The notes beneath the pieces were generated by a model. It saw nothing but the letters and a program-made list of their open reading frames with translations. It was not told where the DNA came from and ran no database searches. A stretch of 64,000 nucleotides of DNA from Lingula anatina (taxonomy: Eukaryota > Animalia > Brachiopoda). A program made the translations under genes and the position numbers. Positions 36,101 to 50,131 of the stretch are shown piece after piece (within the stretch, counting starts at the first letter, position 1; each line of letters starts with the position of its first letter). The stretch covers positions 14,384,001 through 14,448,000 of the forward strand of contig CM120641.1 of NCBI GenBank assembly GCA_051362555.1, given 5' to 3'.

Positions 36101-39100
36101 CTCTTTAATGACAATTGATGTATATATGTGGCTTATGCTGAAGGTAGGGTAAACTTCTGTATATAATTGAGATATGCTGTGATGAAAATTACTGTGATGT
36201 CCATTGATTCCCTGATTTATGCTTTATATGAAATTGGAAATTTAATAGCGTAATGATATGTCTCAAAATTTGATAATTCTTTGAGGGAAGAGTATAGGAG
36301 ATGATCAACAGCTTTACATCAAGATTATCTTGCCAGTACACTTAAAATTACCAAGAAGGGATAGCTTTATCCAAGTTACACATTTTTTATGTACAGACAC
36401 AGATGTGTCTGTACATATTGCCATCACCTGCGTCTGTCGTCGCCGTCGCCGTCGCCGATCATGTCGCCGTCGCTGTCGCCGTCGCCGTGCACTTTCAGCG
36501 TTAACACCATAAGTGGAAGACAGTTTTACTTTTTGGCTTTATATTTACAGAGCTGACTAATATTCATAAAACGCAGGTCAAGTTCGAAAATCAGCATGAT
36601 CGGGCCATTATTGTAGAATTTATGCTGTTTTTTTCACTTTTTAGCATATATGCAACACTGTTAACACATTTCAAGAAAAACCAATAGGCCTGTTGTCATG
36701 AAACTCACAGGAGTAATCAGTCTTACTAAAACGCAGATCAAGTTCGAAAATCGGCATGATCGGGCCACTATTTTAGTAGTTATGCTGTTTTTTCACTTTT
36801 CAGCATATATGCAACACTGTTAACACATTTCAAGGAAACCCGATAGACCTGTTGTCATGAAACTCACAGGAGTAATCAATCTTACTAAAACCCAGGTCAA
36901 GTTCGAAAATCTGCATGATCGGGCCACCATTTTACTAGTTATGCTGTTTTTTACACTTTTCAGCCTATATGCAACACTGTAAACACAATATAAGAAAAAC
37001 AGATGGGCCAATTGTCATGAAAGTAACAGGAGTGGTCAATTTTACTAAAATGCAGGTTGAGTTCGTAAATCAGCATAATCGTGCCATTATTTTAGAAGGT
37101 ATGCTGTTTTTTTCACATTTCTTCAGATTCAATTTTTAGGCATGTTTACAGTCTCATTATTAAACTAATAAGATACGTGAAAGTGTTTGTTTGACATTTC
37201 CTGCATCTTTACAACATTGTTAGTTGATTATGTAAAAATGATGGTAAACTTGTTATCATGTATTGTATAATAGAGTTTCAAAAATGGAAAATTCTAATTA
37301 GAGAGATAGAGATATGTATAAGTAGAGAGATATGTTAAAATTGGTCAAGATATTCCCCCCCTCCCCCATTTCTTTTTGTAAAATACTTATCTAGGTATAA
37401 GAACAGTGTATGGGCGGCAGTTTATACAACAATACAAAACGGGATTAGTTGGGTCGTTATCAGATCAGACAGCGATACTTTAGAATTAAACAAGGCATTT
37501 CTGAAATTCACGCATTAAAAACATGTTCAGACGTCGTAGTTATCAGATCAGACGAGTTAAAACACGATTAGACGTCGTAGTCATCAGATCAGACGGCAAA
37601 ATACGACTAGTCGTCAAAACGCAACAAGAAGCCAAAACTCGTTTCGACGCTAGATGGCGCTCATGTACAAAAAGGCCAAGTCACATGATACACAGTGATC
37701 AAAATGGCGGACGTTATTGAAGCAGCTTCAACATTCCTCGCTCGAATACTCTGACTGTTGTTAGCCATTATTGTAATTCTCTTTAAACCACGGCTAGTGC
37801 GTAGAACAAAAGACTCGGCCGTGCTGTATTCGAAATACAAGCACGTCATGTACGAGTGCGTTCCACGGTCTTTTGCACTCCCCTTACTCACTATAGCTAA
37901 TAAGGGCCCAGTATTTGTAATCGGGTCCTAGCGCCCACCACGGACAAAACAACAATGAAAACAAGTCGTTTCTCAAACTTTTAATATCATGAAACGGCAT
38001 TTATCTAAAAACTGAAAATTGTTCTCGAATTTGAACGACAAGTTGCTCAAAATACAGAATGTGAAAACGAAAGTTTAAAAATGTACACTTCCAAAGTAAA
38101 TTTCCTGCCTTCTTTGACAATGACAATTTTCTTAATCTGTGAGCCTGCGGCTCGACAATACACGTAATATTTCACGTACAGCTTGGCGACTCGTATTGTA
38201 TCTATCACATACTAGCCTACTATAGTACAACACCTGTCAACTCTCCTCAGTCTGTCAATCGCAAGCACTTGTCAGTATCAGAATTTCACGGCATTGACTG
38301 TGACGTTGGCACAAGGGTAGCCAAGACCATTGACATGAGCGCCATATAGCGTAAAATCGAGTTTTGGCTTCTAGTTGCGTTTTGACGACTAGTCGTATTT
38401 TGCCGTCTGATCTGATAACTACGACGTCTAATCGTGTTTTTAATTCGTCTGATCTGATAACGATGAGGACTAATCGTGTTTTTAATTTTTGTATAAACCG
38501 CCGCCCATAACAGTGTAACAAAACATCTTAAGAGAAAAAGTTCCCTTTTGCTTCTGCTTTTTAGCTCTCCCATGCACTTCTGCTTTAAGCTCTGCCCCAT
38601 TTATTGTCAATTTAACTGCTTTCTAAAAAGAAATAAGGTAGGGATCGGTTTTTGGCGTAACTCCATTTATAATTAAGTCTGATGTCTGTTGTAGGGTCTG
38701 TGTTGTTTTTTTTTTTTTTACTGATTGGAATGAGCAGAAATATATTAATATGTATTGCTTCTGTATTTTCAGGAGGACAGCAGTTGAAAGCATTTTAAGC
38801 AAATATGTAAGTATTTTACAAAGATTTTGTAACTTGTTGTGAATAATTAATGTTTCCCCCTGATCATGGATTTTAAATGAAATGTTTTTTGTAGACTCGC
38901 TGCAATCAGATTAACAGATTAATACACCTCCTGTTTCAAATGTACTTTTATAATCACAAGCTCTTCTGTATTCCATTAAGTGTGTTAATCTGATTGCATT
39001 CTGTGGGAGTTATCTCAGAGTTTGATTAATCTACCTAGAATGATAGATTCATTTGGAATGAGCCCTTTGGGTTGGCCAACTCACAATTCCTTGTTGTAAA

Positions 39101-39247
39101 TTTTTACATTTTTTGGCTGGTTCATTTAATACATTCTTTAGTCTTAATCATTTACTTTGATGGTGATCTAAATGAAGGCTTAGTCTTTCTTCCTTTTTTT
39201 TTCAGAATGTTAATTTGACCTCAAATTCTGACACTGAATCGTGCTAG
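33106..39247 (+). CDS. PPM1B: Protein phosphatase 2C, PPM1A/PPM1B orthologue
   Basis: Exons 33106-33927, 34232-34349, 35256-35376, 38773-38806, 39206-39247. Motifs [58 protein letters not shown] and C-terminal LPPGGGL. Confidence 0.95.
36383..38710 (+). mobile_element. Non-autonomous Helentron/HINE-like element with internal ~159-bp tandem repeats (3' end uncertain)
   Basis: TTTTTAT, then the palindrome GTACAGACAC..GTGTCTGTAC, a (GCCGTC)n microsatellite, and repeat units starting near 36569, 36728, 36887 and 37047. Inverted copies occur at 56330-57950 and 61990-64000. Confidence 0.75.
37409..38509. mobile_element. 1.1-kb non-autonomous TIR transposon (IS3EU-like termini) nested in the HINE-like element
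   Basis: TATGGGCGG...CCGCCCATA termini; 6-bp TSD ACAGTG (37403-37408, 38510-38515); long TIRs built from ATCAGATCAGAC repeats. Confidence 0.85.
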
Positions 39248-42200
39248 CAGCATCAGTATGGTAGAAGAAAAGTTGCAGGTGCCTGCTCAGTTCATCGAGT
39301 CTACATACTCATCAGCAGTATGCTGGTCGGCTGCATGATGACTCAAAGTTTTTCGTGTGGCTGTCACTTACCTGCTTAACAGAAAATAAGTTGACTGTGG
39401 AAAGCAGATAATTTGCATCAGTTCGAGACACATAAATTTGTGTATATATGATATATAATTATTATTATCATCATAATTATTATATTTTTGTTTGTCATGG
39501 CTTAGCTGGATCTGGGCAGGTGGCCACAGAAGTGAAGACTTCGGACTGTTCTCTGTCATGGTCCTTTTAAGCTACGCCTGCTACTATAATTTTGTCAGTG
39601 TATAGATGCCCTTTTGATGCAGTAGTATGGATGAATTTGTTGTAATTGTTTCTTTTGTGGCAGCACCCTGCTTGTAAAAATAGGATCATGGGAAATATTG
39701 AGTCTTAATCTGCAAAGAATATTCATGTTTCAGATTTGATACACGTCTTTTTTATGTGATCTAAGTATTTGATTAAAATGGCCAATAACTTTACATTTCT
39801 CATTTTAGTTGAAAAACAGATATCAGTTTGATTGGGTTGTTCCATGAGTTCCACTTTAAAGGCGGGTATTCTTTGGCAGCTCATTTAAATCATGTAATAT
39901 TTCTGATTAGGAAAGATGGGTTTAAAATGATAAGTATGGAATTTCATATAACGGAGAAGGAAGGGCTTAATTTTAGTATGTGCATACATTTTTTTTTTCC
40001 GTTTCAACAGGAATTGGTAGTAAAAAATTTGCATTTGTTTGCAAGTTGGGTCTCGTTAACAAGTAAGACTTAAAAATTGCCATATTATCATATTTTATGT
40101 ACAGACATTTATAATGTCTGTGTGTATATATGCCGTATACCGGTGTCTGTCCATGTCATCCTATTAGCTCTTGCATTATTAAACAGTATAAAAATTGTAA
40201 ATGCTCATTTTTAGTCTAGATGTGCTAATCTTAAATCTATTTTGATGCCATTTTAAGGTACAATTGTTGGTTTACCTCTCCGCCTTACTTCTAACCAATA
40301 ATTCCGTTCAGTTGAATTTTACTTTAACATTTTTCGTTTCATATTTAGCAAGCTCAAGGTCTGGTGTAACAAAACTGAGGGTCCGTATTACAGGAACAAC
40401 CCCCCCCCCCCCCCCCCCCTCCTCCATTTAGTTATAACTGTTAGGGTTAGCCTGACACAAGTGGGTCAAAATGTAGGACAATGCTTTCCTGTACAAATGA
40501 ATGGGAAGCGGACTCTATTAAGGGTGATTCCCTGTCACGTTACACTGGACTTTATAATGCGTGACAGAAATGGTTTTGATTTGCAAAATGTTCAAAGGTA
40601 AAATAGGTTCCACGACCTTGACCGCAGGTAAAAAGATTGGATAAATTGTCTTAAGAATGTCTGTATTATATGCCAGCCTTGCTGACCAGTAAGTCAGATG
40701 CTTGAAATGGGCCACTGATCTTTTAGGGCATGTCTGTGAAATAACGCCTGTGAACCTGTAGTTGTGCAATTAGTTTTTCAAACCTATTATAGAAAATCAA
40801 AGTAAATCATGCTAGGTTTTTCTGTGTTTGTGTTTCTCGACTTCTGAACTACCATTACAAAAAGGCCCTTGAAGTACAAGCGACTCGAACATACTTTGGT
40901 GAATTAAATGATGTTCATGCCCATTTACAGGTACTAACTTCACAGCTCGTAATATAGAACGATATATTTCACCATTAAAAGCTGCCAATACATTGGCGGT
41001 ACCTTTTTGTAACGGAGTGCCAAATAATAGTTTGCAAGCGCGTCCATTTCATCATCATATTAAATCATAATTCTGAGCCCTTTTACCTATTTGTAAGATT
41101 GCAAGCACAAAGACGTCCGGGTATGGCTGCGAAGTACGTCGGCCAAGCATAACCGCCCTCGTTTTCGGCAGTGGCAATTATTGCGTCATCAGTGGATTTA
41201 GAATGAAATATGGGGAAGGCGATAGTATGGCTTTGTAGATTGTCTTTTTCATTTATGTAGGCGGTGTGTATACTTTTTTGTTGATTTTTCAAGTCTATAT
41301 ATCTTAGCTTACTTTTTGAAGGCAGCCCATGTATTTTCTACCACGAAACTGCATGTCCAGTTAAAAGCACACGTAATGTATATCTACAGTTCAGTGGCAG
41401 AATCGGGAAGTTAAGTTTTGCTCCCATCCTGATTAAGTTATCCTTGTAGTTCCATTGTAATCAATTAAACAAGCATGTATCACAGTGTGATTCTACTGCC
41501 ATAAATTGAATACTGTGTAGAAGACGTGATCCCAATCTTTTTTTTTTCTATTGTGATGTGAACCTAATATAGAGGGTTAATCTTATTACACAGGAATTAT
41601 ATATGGTATTGTATCCAATATTGAACATCATATAGCTTATTTTTGAAGAAATACTGTAATAAGTAGTTGTTATTACGCCCAGTATGTGTGAATGATGAAA
41701 GTAACGTTTCACATTGAATTTAGAAATAAAATCTTTTGGAATAGGTTGTTTCTTTTTCATTCATTGTAGGAGTAGCCCACTTAGTAAGAAGCGGAGGGAG
41801 AAAAAAAAAGTTGCCATCAACTCCACTTGAAAGTGGACAATAATACCGATGACCCCAGCCTTCTTAGTATGTAGAACGACCTGGCCGGACCCGTCACTGG
41901 CAAGCATCGTGCTCTGTTACTACTTTATACAGTATTCTAGTCTTGTCCCTTTTTTTACAAAACGTTAATAATTTAGGCTACCATATCGAGTAAGGTCAAG
42001 AAACTGTTGAAATATCTAAGAATTTATTACGAAAATCTAAACAAATGCAACAGGTTATTTATAACGCCTCTGCAAATAAACCCGAGAAAAATTGCTAAAA
42101 TTACTAAAACATGACAGACACCTACAATAAAAATATTAAATATTTTCTGAGATGCATTTCATGTGACTGTTTAAAAATACCAGATTGATACATTGTTCTA

Positions 42201-42411
42201 GTTTGCTTAGTTATCTATTATACTATCGACTAACTGATTCTTCAACCTTATGATAAATACAATTAACGATTAACAATGTCAACATAAACGGCACCTAGAT
42301 GGGTGGAAATTAAAAGGGGCCAATCTTCAATATCAATTTTTTTTTTAATGAAAATTATGCGATGTCTTCATATGAAAGCTGCACGTATTTTGATTGACTG
42401 AACATTAGGCT

Positions 42412-45400
42412 CTACTGCTGCCCATAGAATGGATTGGGGAATGACGTCACAGTCAATGGTCTGTGATGATCATACATAGACAGGGGATTGTTTGTGCCGT
42501 AAGGAAACGAGTACCGCATGGGATCCACATGATTCCGAAGCGATGAAAGCCTTCCAGGAGATGCTGAAGCCATAAAAGAGGCATTCATATATAAATCGTC
42601 TAGTCCACTTGAGGCCAAACTTGGTGGAGAAGAACTTGAACCACTGCTGGTCAAAGAGAAACTGTTGACGCTGCCTGTACGCTGGTGAACAGCCTGACCA
42701 ATAGATGCATTTGTCGGTGTCTTGTATGCCATAAGTTCTTGAAGTCCTGGGAGTGACGTTGGAGGAAGTGATGAGTGTGGTGTAACTGTGTGGTTGGGGT
42801 ACTGTGCACCGTTAGTGGAAGGAAAGACTGAGAGTTGTGCAGATATATCAGCCGTGCTGGAAGTAGGTACATCTGCAGGCGAAACAGATATGTCTTCAGC
42901 TTTATCTTGGGTCGTTTCCCCAAAGATATCTTTGCCTTCGTCAACAATGTCGTCGATGGTCTCCACATCGATATCATCAGACATGCTTGAGGTGCGACTT
43001 GGTTGTCTGCTGTGATTCTTCTGGACCTCTTTTGGGGCGAAGTTCATAAGGCGACGAACGATCACATCATCTGGAAGATATGAAACTGAGGACGAAGTTC
43101 GCGACTCGGGCGTCAGGGGCTGTAGCAGTCCTTGATAAGTGCCGGGTGGAAGACGCAAGTACGGGGACGGTGCCGGAACAGCGACCTGTAAAGGGGAAGC
43201 ATGGGTGAAACGCGAAGGAAAGAAAGGTATTGGGCCTGACGGCGGGGCGATGCGATTTGGTGGGATCACACCATTATCTTCAATCAGATCATTACGGTCA
43301 GTAGTAGGCCGATCAGCAGACTGAATGCTGCAGTTGTCCGATAGTGCACTTTGTTTTGATAAAGGTGGTTTAGGCCCTACTGGTTTAGCAGTGTCCAATA
43401 TAGAAGAAAATGCGCAGAAAGGCGTGGCATATGGATAACCATTGATGTCGTTGGTTATTGCTAAATACTCTGCAGTGAGCGGCGATGGTGCAACGCGATT
43501 AGGGGGCGGGCAGCCGTCAGAGACGCCTAAGAGTTTATCATGAAGGTCCGGAGTACCCACCACTGCTTTCTGCCCGTGTCCTCCCCATAACTGAGACATT
43601 TCATCATAAGAACTGTGGCGCGATGACAACCTGTCACTTTTCACGCTGTTTGCCTTTTCAAATTGGTCTGTCGTTTCATCCTTTTGTTTACCTCCAGTAG
43701 CAGGGACAGGTAGCGAGCAGGTTCCCTTTTGAAGTCTACTGTTATGAGAGTCAAGAGTAACGGAGTTCTGTCGGGTATGACTGTTCGTTACCGAGGTGAC
43801 GTGAGTTGAACCCGTTAATGAGCAAGACCCTCCATTTATCGCGTCTGATGCTCTTGAGTAAGATGGCAGACCAGGGACTGATCCGCATTCAGCAGCTGCT
43901 GCTGTGATCTTTTGCATAATATCACTGTCTTGGGGAGTTAGCATGGACAGATCAAGTCCTTTTGTGTTAGAGTTTTGCACTCTTTGGTCCTTGTTGTGGA
44001 TGGTAAAATCAAGAGCTACGCTAGCATCGTTTTGATTTGCCGAGGGGTGTGATGTCACCGTTCCTGCATTGTTGCCAATGTTATTCTGCGATGCGTCCGA
44101 GTCGACGACAACACGCTTTGGTGGGTTTTTCTCTACAACGGCTGGCTCCACTAACTGCTTAGGCTCACTGTTGCAATAATGTTTTCGCTTGAATCCTTTG
44201 TTTTTCTTCTTTATAGCTTCATCTTGACTGTCCCCGAGGCTGTTCAGTTCTTGTAAAATACCTGAATGGTAAATGATAAAACTATTACAGCACATACTAA
44301 AAATATTCTCATCGATAGTATAGGAAGTTGTAAATAATGTAATACGTATTTAAAAGTAAAGTAATGTAGGCGGAGCTCGACTTTACAACATGAACATAGA
44401 TCAGTGAGTTTTGATCAGTGCTAATGTTAAAAAAAATTAAATTAAAAGCCTTAATCAGAGAAAGCAGTAATCTTAAAATTATCAATACACATCTTCTTCA
44501 GTGGCATTGTAAATTTTGCATACTTACTTTTCACGATATTGTCAGATATGAGCTTTTTCTCTGGCTGGGCGGTATCTGCTTCTTTCTTGTTTTGTCCGGC
44601 ATTCTCTGTGATTTTATTCTTCCCTTCAAGCAGTGTTCGACGTCGTCTGTTTTGAAACCATGTCTAAGGAACAAAATAAGTAAATTTTAGTCCTAATAAC
44701 ACAAGTTTGGCTAGGTCATTATTCTAGACCTTGTTTTAAATAATTCGTCTGTCATTAAGGTGAGGTGTAAGAATTACACTGGGACTGATTGCCATCCGAC
44801 TTTCTGTAAAGCTGTATATTTGGGCTACAAAATATAGGGAATCTGCCTTAAAAAGTATCAGGTGATGATACTGTTAAAATGTTTATCATCAAAATAAAAC
44901 GCAAACAAACAAGACTGAGAAATATTATAGAAGTAAAGAGAAGCGGATAGAAAACATTATCCCAAATAAAGGTCTTTGTCATATTTACACACAAGCATCA
45001 TCACACTCAATCGTTAATGTACTTTAATAAGTATTCTGTTAACGATACCATAGGGTATTAGGTAAGGGAAAAAATGCAAAAAACTTTTCCTCAGTTACCT
45101 TAACCTGCTCCGGTTGAATATCCATCCGTCTTCCAATGATTCTTCTCTGCCTTAGATTGGGATATTTGATTTCTTTGAAAATTTCCAATAACAATTCAAT
45201 TTGCCCTGCCGTGTATTTGTGGCGCTCAATCTTCGCAGTAGCGCACTCGCGCATATCTGAAATAATTTTGATAAATAGCATTGCTTGATTTAGAATAAAA
45301 TTCCGCCGGAATGTTTGTAAATTTCCTTTGTAAACAAAAACGTTTTTTTTTTTTTTTAAAGAGCAAGATGTAATGAACAATTATTACTGAAAAGTAATGT

Positions 45401-48378
45401 GTTAAAATAACGCAGTAAAGCTACTTCAATTTTATGTAATGAACGGTAAAAAGCTCTCAGTTTATCTGTAAAAGACGGGCATATTGAAGCAGCTTTCGTC
45501 TCTGTTAATATATCATCTTCTTTTTATACACAACCATATAAAATACATAAGAAAATAAAAGAAATGCTTTACATTCCGTTTAATTAAAGGTACATTCTCT
45601 GTGTTTGAAAATTAATTAATGCTTATTTCTGCTATCCACAGCTTCTTATAAAAACTTACAAACCTTAAAAATGATATTACCCCTTATATTAAATAATATT
45701 TTCTGAAGCGTACTTGATGTTGATATTTACATAGGAGCATATAGGAAGATATGGATATAATGACTGTCGAGTCATTTAATGTTTAGAAACATTTCATTTG
45801 AATTAATAATTTTGAAGTTACTATAATTTAGAGAATTTGTTATATTTATAATTAATGAATTTGGTAAAATTTTCTCTTAAATGCCCCAATGCTATTTAAA
45901 TATGATCAGAGCAGATAAGAACTCATATCATAGTCAAAAATAGTAACATGTTTGAAGATGAAATATATGATCATGGAAAGACATGTTTACCTTTGATATT
46001 ATTCATCAAATTTATGTTGGTAAATATATCATAAAATATTATTATTAGCCGTGTTTTACATTTTATTTAGCAATGGACAAAGCGTCCTTCCCGGATGCTT
46101 ACTTGATTTTTATATATGCAAAATTTTCAAATTAAATTCTTTTTTCATAAACACTTTACATATATCTAAAAAGTGAAATAATCAAATATTCATATTTTGA
46201 CTTGATTTTTAAAATATCTCCACAGACAGAGCAGAGTTAAAGTTTAAAGTTAAAATCACATGTCCATTTCATGTCCTTACAAGCTGCTCACTAATTACTT
46301 CCGCCAAGGAGGTTATGTTTTCACCCCTGTTTGTCTGTCTGTCTGTTTGTCTTTCTGTCATCAACATAACTCAAAAAGTTATGGACCGATTTTGATGAAA
46401 TTTTCAGGAACTGTCAGAAATGGGCCAAGAAGCAGATGATTAGATTTTGGTGGTGATCCAGATCAATAATCAATAATCAAAAATATCGAAAATTCAGGGG
46501 TGAAACGGCATTGGATGGAGACTTGGCGGAGGTCTGCGCTCTCTGAGTGCTTTTTTAGTTACTACTATTTTTCCTTAACTATTATCTTTTTAATCCTAAC
46601 TTTTTGCCTAAATATAACTTACATATATAGAGGAATGACTATAAAAACTAGGCAATCCATCTTTTTACTTTTTTAGATATTTTCATATGAAGTGTCAAAT
46701 GTCCTTCCAAAACGGCAAAAAAATACCACGGAATGGCCCATACAAAATGCGAACGTGCTGAAAGCAAAACCCTTACTTTTGCATTTTTTCATAACGGTAA
46801 TATGATATACTTGTACCCAGCTTTTCGTGATATTTTGTAGTTTAACATTGTTGCTCTGTCTTTTATATCTGCTTTAATGGAGTAATTACAATGCTGAAAT
46901 AACTGATTAAATCACTCAGCATTAATTCTAACCTGCTTGTGCCTCCGTCATCTTTGATTTTGCTAGCAGTGCCTTTCTACGTGATTGCGTTGGAGGTGGT
47001 ATAGATTGTACTGGCGGACGTAGGGCTAAATGAGCGGGAACATCAAAGGAAAAATGATGTTGTGCTCCTGGTGTCACAAATGGATTGATCTGAGATGCGC
47101 TCGAACTTCCCCATGGAAACTCGTAGTTTTTTATAGCTGAAAATAAGAATATAGACAATATAGATATTATGAAAGTATGCCACAAAATGAAAAGCCTGAA
47201 TCACCTATACATTAGGTGAAGTATCATTTGCTCTTTAGCGAGATCGGCTACCATACAGAGGTGGACCAGTGTCTTTCTGTCCCTTTTGACGAATGCATGC
47301 TTTTTTCCTATCATAAAACAAATCACATTCTCAATAAAGGACAGCTTTAAATGTCAATCATGTCTTTGAAAACAAAAGACCCTACTGAGCGTCAAATCAA
47401 AGGACCCAATGACATAAGTCCAAAGGTGTTTAATATAATTACCGGAGAATTTGCTCAAGTGCAATTTCAAAGAAAATTTGTATTTTCACAGTTCACATTG
47501 ACTTTTTTGTTAGCCTTTCAGTTAACTTCTATGCTTTTTTTTTTTTTTTTTTTTTTTTGTAGTGTTTATTTCCCTTCCGAGTGTGTCAACACACCTCAAC
47601 ACAGACGAACTATTTTAATGTTTTATGAAACCAATAGGGCCATCAGGTCAGACCAATCATATGTAAAGAGGATTATTAAATAAATTTAATTCCCTTTACA
47701 TTTGTTATTAATCATCTTCCTTATTCATAATTCAATCATCCCTGATATCAAGATAGCTGAAATATACTCGTGGTGGTTTAAGAAACAGTGTAGTTACGCG
47801 CTTCTTTCTATCGCAGTCTTGGTAAATTTAAAGAAATTACACTGGGTAAATATACCAGAATTGCGATAGCCTTGGCATAAAACCATAATCACTCATAACC
47901 GCATTAAGTACGTAGCAAACACCATTGTTAGATATCCAATCGCTTTGATGTTGTTTCCGAAAGTATCTTTACAACTGAATCAATATCTGCAAGAAATGTA
48001 TTTTAACGTTCATTCTAACTCTATTACAGGAATTTAAAAGTGATCCATCTTAGTTTAAGAATGTATGTAAGAAGAAAGTAATAAATTTCCTCCGGGTTAA
48101 GCACCAAAGGTAAGTAGTTTTCGGTTCTGGTGGGTCAATACAATAAATTGCGTGCTAATCCCTTAGTTGATACTGAACCACCTAGCTCCTGAATATACCC
48201 TTATGCTGATATCGAATTATTTGTGTAGTAGGTTTTTCCCTATACCACCTAAGCCTTTGTTTAGTGAAAAAATCCATAAATGAAAAATGTAGATTCCAAA
48301 TTTAAAAAGTCTTACCATAATTATTTTCGACAGAAAAAGAGTAACATAAAACTCACCTGGGTTGTGTGTGCCTAACAT
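42412..48378 (-). CDS. Divergent Q50 homeodomain transcription factor with a long Ser/Pro-rich C-terminus
   Basis: Phase-compatible exons 48357-48378 (gccATG), 46933-47136, 45099-45256, 44528-44663, 42412-44261. Homeodomain KIERHKYTAGQIELLLEIFKEIKYPNLRQRRIIGRRMDIQPEQVK^TWFQNRRRR. Confidence 0.88.
46295..46560 (+). mobile_element. Short HINE/Helentron-type non-autonomous element in a homeobox gene intron
   Basis: Sub-terminal inverted repeats TCCGCCAAG / CTTGGCGGA, (GTCT)n microsatellite, 3' hairpin GCGCTC-tct-GAGTGC and a TAGTT end. Confidence 0.8.
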
Positions 48379-50103
48379 GGCGCTGGAGTTCTCTCCAATA
48401 CTAAGCTACAGCCTATAACTTTTTCACTACACTGAACACAACAACGGTGCGAAAACTTCACACTTTCGCCTCCGGGGTCTTCTCTGCACTAACACCAGAA
48501 CCCAGAGTGAACGACACCCTTAAACAATGTGCAAATCAACAACAAATTGCTCTACTATCTTACCATCTCCCCATTATTCAGGTGTCCACCGGCCATCGAG
48601 ATTGCCATCAACTGCTCAGGTTGACTTGACCAGCTCCATTGATTGGCCCACACCAATTAAGACCCCCCATTCCTGGTCACCTTGGCAACTGAGTAGGTGG
48701 CAGGTCAAGCTAAGGGCAGAAGAAGAATAGAAGAGGAGAATGCCATTTACACCGGATTACGTAACAGTGTATAAAAGGATAGGAAAGGACATGCAAGTAA
48801 TAAGAAGTATGATAGCATCATCCTATCCCCATACCATCACCCCCTCCATTGCTTCATTTTCTCAAAATTTCACAAATGTAGTGCTATTTATCTTTTGCAT
48901 TGTTCACAAAACTGCGGAATCGCCGGGACAGGTGTATCAGTTCCTTTTGTACAAAGTAATGGGAAATCATGTTTAAAATGCCTTCAATCAAGCCGAAACA
49001 ATTACGTTTGAAATACAGTGTAGTTAAGAGAATATTGCTTCGCTCTCAGTCTGTCCTTTCCTCCCTCTCCCCCCCTCTCTCTCTCTTTCTCTCCCAAGCA
49101 CATACACCCACATTACGTACGTAATATAACGTTGCCTTCACCTGAGCTGACCTAGCGTTTATGTAACCCCTTGTACAATGTTTACCAAGTTAATCCTTTT
49201 AACAGGATAACGTGGTGGTCATTACCCCACGGGGTGGCCAAGAAACGTTTTGATACTATAGATTTCCCAATGTATTGTTCGAGAGAGCAATCAGCAGGAC
49301 GGAATGCATTGAATTTGCGCCGTTGCTCAAATGGGCGGCGCTGCTGGAACAGTGGAAAGAGCCACACAACACCAGCCCACCTGGTCAAGTGCTTATCTGG
49401 AAGTTCTATCTTGTTTACTAGGGTTTGCTTCCGGACAGGACGCTTTGAGCAAGATAATTTGACTAATTAGCCTTAATTGACGCATTTCTTTTCAGGACAT
49501 GACTTTTATAATTTAGCTGAAATTACAATAAGTGATAGTGTAATTGTACAAATTCAATTTTAAGTTGTTTGTGGTCAGTAATATCTTTGATGCTCCGATA
49601 TTATGAAACATTTAATAAAAAAAATCAGCATCTACTTTTTTCAAACAATTTTTTCAAACAAATTTACGTCCTACATAACTGATACTAAAACACTTCTTAA
49701 TGGTTACTTAAATGGAAAGAAGCAATCTTCTCAGCATTTAATTATCAGGAGCATCTTAAAAACAGCTTATGTACACCACCTAGCGGTAGCAGCCGCCTTA
49801 CCTTGTATACTTAAACCATATTATCTTGAATTTAACTTATTTTAGCTGTACATTGTGTTTTCAATCCGTTGTAAAGTGCCACCACTTTATACCAGAAAAT
49901 ATATTTAATTTAAAAGGACTAGCAAGGATATATTTTTATTAATAGAATATTATTTAAAAGATATATCCATATATCGGGAGTAGGTAAAACAATAATTCCG
50001 TAAGTAAAACCAAATATGCCTGACTGCATTTTTATCAACCGTATTTTAAATGTTATCAAATAAAACCAAGAGGTGACAAAACATGTCCTTGCTTTACCGT
50101 AAG

Positions 50104-50131
50104 CAAGAAGTTATAACTTTATAACTTCTTG
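50104..50131. mobile_element. 28-bp TIR-only transposon remnant or footprint with 7-bp TSD
   Basis: CAAGAAGTTATA-ACTT-TATAACTTCTTG flanked by CCGTAAG at 50097-50103 and 50132-50138. Confidence 0.75.

Noticed and set aside
48311-48318. ATG|GTAAG alternative first exon of the homeobox gene
   Set aside because: Phase 0 does not fit the phase-1 acceptor of the next exon.
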